IMG/VR virus record: IMGVR_UViG_3300045988_001142
Coordinates: 1-6,275 of that record
Strand: one strand, 5' to 3'
DNA length: 6,275 bases
Source: a virus
In this document: positions 1 through 4,843 of the stretch, one piece after another
How the letters are laid out: every line of letters begins with the position of its first letter
How positions within the stretch are numbered: the first letter of the stretch is position 1
Position numbers and translations under genes: made by a program
The notes under the pieces: model-generated
What the model was told of the DNA's origin: nothing
What the model saw: only the letters and a program-made list of their open reading frames with translations
Database searches by the model: none

Positions 1-55
1 ACTAATAACAGAAGTAGTAGTGTACGGAACAGAAGTTAATTGTTCTGCATTAGAA
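1..55. repeat. Terminal direct repeat, left copy; assembly overlap of a circular genome
   Basis: 1-55 (actaataacagaagtagtagtgtacggaacagaagttaattgttctgcattagaa) is identical to 6221-6275. The capsid reading frame is continuous across the implied junction: minus-strand codons start at 369, 366 ... 54, and 54 maps to 6274, which is in frame with the 4844..6193 ORF. Confidence 0.95.
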
Positions 56-369
56 GCATTCGAGACGGCAGAAGTCATATAATCAGACATCTGGGTAAAC
101 GCCTGAGGTAATGCACGAGAAATCAAACGTAACGGCACAGCGTAAAAATCATAATACTCCTTAATACGAGTATAAGCAGCGGTATTCACCGGAACAGTAC
201 GAGTAAACCAATCTGATTTAATACGATACTTACTACCTGGAATAGCAATCTGCCAATAAACAGGCAAAATTTCACCAACTTTTGCCGAAAACAACTTTTT
301 ACTAGACAAATCAAAGGAAGAGCGATGCACGGCAATTTTCGCTCGATCCAACGGATTAAAATCACTCAT
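1..369 (-). CDS. Major capsid protein VP1 (phiX174 F-like), N-terminal segment; continues across the circular junction into 4844..6220
   Basis: ATG at 369..367. My hand translation has no stops: MSDFNPLDRAKIAVHRSSFDLSSKKLFSAKVGEILPVYWQIAIPGSKYRIKSDWFTRTVPVNTAAYTRIKEYYDFYAVPLRLISRALPQAFTQ... The pattern FDLS..x..G.L.PV....PG......F.RT.P.NTAA.TRI.EY.DF..VP.RL is the conserved Microviridae VP1 N-terminus. The ORF track misses this segment because the ORF runs off the window start. Confidence 0.93.
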   Translation of the reverse strand, partial: MSDFNPLDRAKIAVHRSSFDLSSKKLFSAKVGEILPVYWQIAIPGSKYRIKSDWFTRTVPVNTAAYTRIKEYYDFYAVPLRLISRALPQAFTQMSDYMTSAVSNASNAEQLTSVPYTTTSVIS

Positions 370-394
370 AAACAATTAATTAATAATTAATAAA
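370..394. repeat. A+T-only VP4-VP1 junction (single C at 373) with a tandem heptamer and a TTAATTAA palindrome
   Basis: Plus strand aaacaattaattaataattaataaa. AATTAAT occurs at 378-384 and 385-391, preceded by AATT. The palindrome TTAATTAA is at 376-383. The region lies immediately 5' of the capsid ATG on the coding strand. Confidence 0.6.
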
Positions 395-2209
395 TTAAAC
401 CATGCGATTAAATATATCATTCGCATCATTAAGCTTTTTATGTTTAATCATATCACGACAGAATGTAGCAGCACGGAAATCAAGACATTCTTGTAAGTTG
501 CTACTTTGCCCACTATCATAGGCACTTCCTGTATCGGGTTTCGCGGATTTGATGTAATTACAAGCCGCGAGAGGTGGGATTCTGGGGTCATCAAACGGAA
601 CGCATATCTGTTCTTTAATGGGACGAATAAATCCGTCTGCATATTCTCCGTCCTCTCCGATACCAATGGTTGCCATTTCGCATCCCTCGGCTGGTAAATA
701 GAAATACCGAAGCATAGGGGCTGGCAAAGTCTGTTGTATTCGCAACGAATCACACATTCGTACATAGTCCGCTTTCTTCTCATACTCTATACCTTTCTTA
801 ATGATATAATTAATACGGGGGGTAAAAGGAGACAAATTATCACCAATGAGAGGCAAATGCCAATTTCGGAGGAACCTGGAGACATAAAGGAATAACCGAT
901 ATAACTTATTAATGAAAAATTCAACATCGACATCACTAGAACTGTTAACGAACCTAGTAAGGCACCTAGCATTATGTAATACAATCTTATCATCATCAGT
1001 TAATATATGATTTAAAGTTATATATTGATAATATGCACGAACAATAGATAGAATAGAATTAGTATTATAATCTACAATGCCGAATCGTGCAATTCTTTTT
1101 GGCGCTGTTGCAACTGCATGAACAACTCTAGATATCGCAACAGCATCATCATAGCGAGCTCCTGAGAATCTGGGGAGTAAGGAACGGATATACGATGTGG
1201 GGGGAGTTGACTTGACAACGATGCCATTAAAGTTATACTCTCTTCCATTAATGACCGAATCGATTTTTTGCTCAATTTGCGCATAGACATCTTCACTCTC
1301 ATCAAATGTCTCGCCTTTCTCAAAGAATCCAAGAGACGCACGTGATTTGGGTTTAAACGCACGGCATGAGCGATAAAGAGAGGGAGCAGAAGCCAAGCTG
1401 TTAACGTAACTCGCAACGTACGATGCACAGCCACCGTTGGAACATTGGATATCTGAACGACCGAGCTTCCAACTTTTATTATGACACTCTCGAAGCACAT
1501 TGGAGATTTCCTTTGAGTTAAAGAATAATAGCAAATGGAAATGTGGGCGGAAACGGACTGGACCATACTCGCCAACAGCGTAAAATGATATCTTTTCATT
1601 TGTAAATCTATCTAAATGTCTACGTAATCGTTTAATATAATTCTGAACATCCGCATAGTTCAAGAAAGGAATAAGATTATTACCGTACCTACGGGATAAT
1701 TCCCCATTTGTTCCGTAAGGTGTAGCAGATTGGGTCTTATGGATGAATGCACGCATAGAATCAACAGACACAAACCAATTATCTTTAACCGGTTCATACT
1801 GACCTGTTTCACGATTATATGGGACTGTACCTTGAACCTGAGTAAAGTATATATGCTGTAACCGCTGAGGATCAGTAGTACAGAACTTGGAAACCGGAAC
1901 ATAAGCATGTTTCTCATAACCATGAACAACGCCAGAATCACTTAAAACATCATCATATTCAGAATAGTATACTTCGCAATTGAATAGAGGAATGTGTTCA
2001 TTATCATAGGTGAGCGTAACAAACCAACAATGTTCGAAAGCACTTCCAGCGGTCTTCACGCGCATGGACGCTTTTTGAGCACGCTTGTATATACAATAGT
2101 CGCATTGACCGCAATCTACAGCGATACGCTTACCTGTATATTTGTTGGTGATAAACGAACGATGCTGACAGTGATCAGCAGCTTTAAGCAATTCTGGCGA
2201 ATATTTCAT
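395..2209 (-). CDS. Replication initiation protein VP4 (phiX174 A-like HUH rolling-circle endonuclease), unusually long at 604 aa
   Basis: N-terminal Cys cluster CGQCDYC. RCR motif I FVTLTY (2006-2023, checked against the DNA). The block YIKRLRR...YAVGEYG. Motif II HFHLLLF (1523-1543, checked against the DNA). Motif III with paired tyrosines, SYVASYV (about 1406-1420). ATG at 2209..2207, two nt after the upstream stop. Confidence 0.93.
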   Translation of the reverse strand: MKYSPELLKAADHCQHRSFITNKYTGKRIAVDCGQCDYCIYKRAQKASMRVKTAGSAFEHCWFVTLTYDNEHIPLFNCEVYYSEYDDVLSDSGVVHGYEKHAYVPVSKFCTTDPQRLQHIYFTQVQGTVPYNRETGQYEPVKDNWFVSVDSMRAFIHKTQSATPYGTNGELSRRYGNNLIPFLNYADVQNYIKRLRRHLDRFTNEKISFYAVGEYGPVRFRPHFHLLLFFNSKEISNVLRECHNKSWKLGRSDIQCSNGGCASYVASYVNSLASAPSLYRSCRAFKPKSRASLGFFEKGETFDESEDVYAQIEQKIDSVINGREYNFNGIVVKSTPPTSYIRSLLPRFSGARYDDAVAISRVVHAVATAPKRIARFGIVDYNTNSILSIVRAYYQYITLNHILTDDDKIVLHNARCLTRFVNSSSDVDVEFFINKLYRLFLYVSRFLRNWHLPLIGDNLSPFTPRINYIIKKGIEYEKKADYVRMCDSLRIQQTLPAPMLRYFYLPAEGCEMATIGIGEDGEYADGFIRPIKEQICVPFDDPRIPPLAACNYIKSAKPDTGSAYDSGQSSNLQECLDFRAATFCRDMIKHKKLNDANDIFNRMV

Positions 2210-2211
2210 AA

Positions 2212-2520
2212 TTATAATCTTTTATCAATCACTTGGCGACGACTACGAATACCAAATGATATGTGGATAAATGTAGGATACAATATCAACTGATCAAAAA
2301 CATGAATATTATCCGAATAGCTATGAATATATTCAAGCAAATGACCATAAGTAGTAGAACCGCAAGGCTTGATATCAATAGCTTCACCTATTAGATGTTG
2401 AGAATTAGGAGCACCATTGCAAGCCTTATTCTGTTCGGGAGTACGCTTCGCACTAGTCACAGCAAAATGAACGTTAGAACAAAGCAGGTACTCAAGGAAA
2501 TGCATAAGAGAATAATTCAT
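2212..2520 (-). CDS. Zinc D-Ala-D-Ala-type peptidase, M15 family (M15_3/VanY-like fold); putative endolysin, 102 aa
   Basis: VTSAKRTPEQNKACNGAPNSQHLIGEAIDI matches the family signature S.yR....N...GG...S.H..G.A.D. A distal FIHIS supplies the third ligand. The proposed metal triad is H42 (2397..2395), D49 (2376..2374) and H86 (2265..2263); I verified the H42 and D49 codons in the DNA. The ATG at 2520 overlaps the upstream stop as ATGA. Confidence 0.8.
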   Translation of the reverse strand: MNYSLMHFLEYLLCSNVHFAVTSAKRTPEQNKACNGAPNSQHLIGEAIDIKPCGSTTYGHLLEYIHSYSDNIHVFDQLILYPTFIHISFGIRSRRQVIDKRL

Positions 2521-2738
2521 AGTCCAATAGCATTAAGAATGTAACCAAGAGCAGCAGAAATAGCACCAATTACGATCTTCCAAATATTATTACTTTTCAT
2601 CAGGTTGAGTTTTAAATTCAACAAAATTATTTTCTTCTTTAATTGAATCCACAATAACAACAAGACCCAACGGAGAAACTCGCTCAGAATAATTTCCAAG
2701 ACCATCCAAAGAATTGACAATATAAGGCGGTATAACAT
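2517..2738 (-). CDS. Small hydrophobic membrane protein, holin-like candidate; start uncertain (73 aa from ATG 2738, or a 27-aa single-TM peptide from ATG 2600)
   Basis: The track lists 2517..2741, but 2741 is a GTG. The first ATG is 2738..2736. The long form has two hydrophobic stretches, LYRLILSILWMVLEIILSEFLRWVLLLLWIQL and IWKIVIGAISAALGYILNAIGL, joined by a Lys-rich loop. The short form is MKSNNIWKIVIGAISAALGYILNAIGL, from an ATG 11 nt inside the end of the 64-aa ORF. Its stop overlaps the peptidase start as ATGA (2520..2517), which suggests translational coupling. There is no homology evidence, and the upstream half overlaps the 64-aa ORF out of frame. Confidence 0.4.
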   Translation of the reverse strand: MLYRLILSILWMVLEIILSEFLRWVLLLLWIQLKKKIILLNLKLNLMKSNNIWKIVIGAISAALGYILNAIGL

Positions 2739-2784
2739 CACGACCAGTTTGCTTTTCTTTAAGGGAAATAATAAATTTCTGCAT
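2590..2784 (-). CDS. Hypothetical 64-aa protein; first gene after the long non-coding region
   Basis: ATG at 2784..2782, TAA at 2592..2590. Its composition is balanced and looks soluble: MQKFIISLKEKQTGRDVIPPYIVNSLDGLGNYSERVSPLGLVVIVDSIKEENNFVEFKTQPDEK. An AT-rich leader precedes it. I recognise no family. Confidence 0.5.
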   Translation of the reverse strand: MQKFIISLKEKQTGRDVIPPYIVNSLDGLGNYSERVSPLGLVVIVDSIKEENNFVEFKTQPDEK

Positions 2785-2880
2785 AATTGTAAGATTTTAA
2801 ATGTTAAAAATGTTAATAAATAATAAGTTTGGTTTCTACAGAGGCAAAGGAAAGAATTATTTTTGAATAAACAAAATATT
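2785..2880 (-). promoter_or_regulatory. Extremely AT-rich leader upstream of the 64-aa ORF / lysis / Rep gene string; probable promoter region
   Basis: 17 G+C in the 90 nt at 2791-2880 (19%, hand count). Contains the tandem 9-mer AAATGTTAA twice (2799-2816). On the minus strand there is a TTTG (inside CCTTTGCC) and only a near-match (TATTTTG) to the Bacteroides -7 element TAnnTTTG, with no exact consensus. This is a positional argument only. Confidence 0.3.
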
Positions 2881-2974
2881 CCGGAGGTTTTTTATTCTAC
2901 GGTTAGAGTGTGAGTTGTGCGTTTATGGACAAGAAAAAGGCGAAATTGAGATGATAACTCAATTTTCCTCCGGA

Positions 2975-3175
2975 CACAACTAGGGGCTTCGCTTGAATAA
3001 CATAGGGGTATAGGCACGGCAGGTCAGATAGAACCTGCCTTTGCGCGCCTTCGCGCTAAAATACCGAAGCGGAACGCTTCTCTAAAGAAGTCGCTCCGCT
3101 CCGTTTTTCGACCAGGCCCTACGCGGGCGGCGGGTGTATATCGCTCAAACGCCGCGATAGGCTCTTAGTCCTGAA
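2975..3175. other. GC-rich multi-hairpin non-coding island (candidate ssDNA origin / structured RNA / host-interaction site)
   Basis: 93 G+C in the 160 nt at 3011-3170 (58%, hand count). Stems verified by eye: 3018-3024 ggcaggt with 3033-3039 acctgcc; 3043-3047 gcgcg with 3052-3056 cgcgc; 3066-3071 gaagcg with 3075-3080 cgcttc; 3139-3144 tatcgc with 3154-3159 gcgata; and an alternative 3127-3132 gcggcg with 3150-3155 cgccgc. Just upstream, 2880-2887 tccggagg pairs with 2967-2974 cctccgga and encloses the hairpin 2943-2950 aaattgag / 2958-2965 ctcaattt. No ORF longer than 27 codons starts with ATG here on either strand. Confidence 0.6.
3057..3108. terminator. Bidirectional intrinsic-terminator-like hairpin downstream of the VP1/150-aa/VP2 gene string
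   Basis: An imperfect long hairpin pairs 3068-3080 (agcggaacgcttc) with 3087-3100 (gaagtcgctccgct) around the loop tctaaa. It is followed on the plus strand by ccgTTTTTcg (3104-3108). It is preceded by ctAAAAta (3058-3061), which reads as a TATTTT tract after the hairpin on the minus, coding strand. It lies 140-180 nt downstream of the VP2 stop. Confidence 0.4.
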
Positions 3176-3240
3176 GAATGTTATCGTGGAAGAATAGGTC
3201 ATAAACCGGAACCATTATAAATAGTAGTATTACGAGGACC

Positions 3241-4383
3241 TTAATCATAACGAAAGACCTGAGCGCCGGGGCGCATAGATCCAATTACATTACCAACACC
3301 AGAAGCTATAGAACCAAGTCCATGCGCGACAGATTCCCAATAATAGGTACGACCTTGTTTCCGAGTTAAATCAGCGCCATATTCATACATTTTTTGCCTA
3401 GCCTTATCAGTATTATACTGAATATGCTTACGTAATTTAACATTAGCGGAATCATAAGACGCGTCACGATATTGTAATTGGTAAGCAGCGTTCGCAGCCT
3501 TAATCAAAGAATCGGAAGTTCTTTCAGCAATTCGATCAGAAATCTTTTGACCAGAAGCCTGGGCAGCCGTTAATATAGCACGTTGGATTTCAGTCTGAAT
3601 CTGTTTCTCCGTAAGAGCACCATTCAATTGAAGATTAACCAAAGTCTGACTTTTTATAAATAAGTCAGCTTGTTGTTGCTGGTCAATATAACGGTTTAAC
3701 ATACGTTGAGCGTCAGAATTCAAAAGAATCTGAGTTTCTTGAGCAGCAGACAATCGTTCAGCAAACTGAAGATTCTTCAATTCTTGAGCCTCTTTAGATT
3801 GATCCAAAGCAGCGGATATACGACCAGTTTCTTTATTCCAATAGCCAGACTCACCAATAGCCAAATTCTTCCAATTTGTCAGACCTTTATAATAATTAGC
3901 AATTTGAGGAGTAATAGCATCAATATTATTAGATTCTGATTGTGCTTTTTTCGCTTGGGCAAGAGAAGCCAAAGAATTAAAGATATCGGAAAAATTAGGC
4001 GTAAAAGCCTGCATAGAAGGAACAGGAGCAGCAGAAGCGGCAGCACCACCAGAAGCGGGAGATCTAGAGCCAGCCATAGCTGCAGAACCTTGAACGAACG
4101 GATTCAAACCACGGGAAATCATAGCATTGGGGGAATTATAAGAATTATTCATTCTCCACATCTTTTCTTGCCAATCACGCTGAATCTGAGCCTGTTCGGC
4201 GTTAAAAGCATTATTATCGCGATTAATATCAATATTGGTCTGGTTGGCCTTATTCTGCGAAGAAGCGCCAATAGCATTGCCAATTAAAGAAGAACCAGCA
4301 GCGATAAGGCCTCCAAGGACAAGAGGCGCAATACACTTATCGTTAGGGGAGAGAATACTCTCCCCTATTTCTAGAAACTTCAT
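3241..4383 (-). CDS. Minor capsid / DNA pilot protein VP2 (phiX174 H-like), 380 aa
   Basis: A Gly/Ala-rich hydrophobic N-terminus (APLVLGGLIAAGSSLIGNAIGASS). The conserved block AEQAQIQRDWQEKMWRMNNSYNSPNAMISRGLNPF, typical of microvirus VP2. An Ala/Gly/Ser linker. A long Gln-rich helical region (QELKNLQFAERLSAAQETQILL...QIQTEIQRAILTAAQA) resembling the H-protein coiled-coil tube. The position after VP1 is canonical. ATG at 4383 overlaps the upstream stop as ATGA. Confidence 0.87.
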   Translation of the reverse strand: MKFLEIGESILSPNDKCIAPLVLGGLIAAGSSLIGNAIGASSQNKANQTNIDINRDNNAFNAEQAQIQRDWQEKMWRMNNSYNSPNAMISRGLNPFVQGSAAMAGSRSPASGGAAASAAPVPSMQAFTPNFSDIFNSLASLAQAKKAQSESNNIDAITPQIANYYKGLTNWKNLAIGESGYWNKETGRISAALDQSKEAQELKNLQFAERLSAAQETQILLNSDAQRMLNRYIDQQQQADLFIKSQTLVNLQLNGALTEKQIQTEIQRAILTAAQASGQKISDRIAERTSDSLIKAANAAYQLQYRDASYDSANVKLRKHIQYNTDKARQKMYEYGADLTRKQGRTYYWESVAHGLGSIASGVGNVIGSMRPGAQVFRYD

Positions 4384-4832
4384 GATGCAGAACCAGCAGG
4401 GGCGGACGCTTCAGGAGCGGGCTCTACTGTTTGCTCTGCCAACATAGCCTCGGCATAGGCCGTAAGCTCAGACTTTTCAGAAGCTAATTGCTGTAATACA
4501 GCCTGACGCTCAGACATGGTCTGGCAATGACGAGATATAACACAGTCAAAACGTTGTTCATCCGTCATATCATCCATAGTAGTAGAAGGAGTAGGATGCA
4601 TCTGAGCCAAGATATTATTAACGTTCATGTCACCAAGAAGGCGACGATACTTTTCTTGGTTTAGAAGGATAGCAGTCATGTCATTGAATATTAATGAACC
4701 ATCATCTAATTCATCAATTTGAACAGAATCAAACACACCAGACTGATAAGCGGGATGTCCTTCAACATCATCAATAGGACCGAATTGTTCTCCAATTTCG
4801 GGAGTAGGGAGTTTATAGTCAAATCTTCTCAT
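4380..4832 (-). CDS. Acidic 150-aa protein between VP1 and VP2; possible internal scaffolding (VP3-like) protein
   Basis: ATG at 4832..4830, 11 nt after the VP1 stop. TGA at 4382..4380 overlaps the VP2 ATG. Asp/Glu-rich, with a low-complexity tail EPAPEASAPAGSAS. The coding call rests on packing, coupling and composition. The scaffold role is inferred from size and charge only. Confidence 0.7.
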   Translation of the reverse strand: MRRFDYKLPTPEIGEQFGPIDDVEGHPAYQSGVFDSVQIDELDDGSLIFNDMTAILLNQEKYRRLLGDMNVNNILAQMHPTPSTTMDDMTDEQRFDCVISRHCQTMSERQAVLQQLASEKSELTAYAEAMLAEQTVEPAPEASAPAGSAS

Positions 4833-4843
4833 AACAACACAAA

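Noticed and set aside
506-697. Plus-strand 63-aa ORF antisense to VP4
   Set aside because: It lies wholly inside the well-supported Rep gene on the opposite strand, has odd composition, and has no start context. Shadow ORF.
702-713. The 12-mer aaataccgaagc occurs both inside VP4 (702-713, followed by atagggg) and in the non-coding island (3059-3070). catagggg also recurs at 713-720 and 3001-3008.
   Set aside because: About one exact 12-mer repeat is expected by chance in a 6.2-kb sequence, and the shared 8-mer adds little. There is no extended similarity around either copy.
1994-2293. Plus-strand 99-aa ORF spanning the VP4 start and the peptidase end
   Set aside because: It is antisense to two confident genes, with no independent support. 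Microviruses transcribe one strand.
2596-2606. CUGAUGA followed by GAAA on the coding strand (cctgatgaaaag), reminiscent of the hammerhead ribozyme core
   Set aside because: It lies in coding sequence at the end of the 64-aa ORF. There are no flanking helices I, II or III and no cleavage-site context. It simply encodes P-D-E-K.
3018-3039. A 7-bp stem with an 8-nt loop (ggcaggt cagataga acctgcc) that superficially resembles a tRNA arm
   Set aside because: Neither strand has a T-loop consensus (TTCRANY), a matching acceptor stem, D arm or CCA context. It is not a tRNA or a tRNA-fragment att site that I can recognise.
3119-3202. Short minus-strand ORF (27 codons from ATG 3202: MTYSSTITFFRTKSLSRRLSDIHPPPA) in the non-coding region
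   Set aside because: It is very short and runs through the GC-rich hairpins. Its composition is implausible and it is not coupled to its neighbours. It should be revisited only if conserved in relatives.
3706-4447. Three plus-strand ORFs (3706..3939, 3940..4287, 4235..4447) antisense to VP2 and the 150-aa gene
   Set aside because: They are Arg/Ser/Ile-rich, low-complexity antisense translations of a Gln/Ala-rich gene. This is a typical shadow-ORF artefact.
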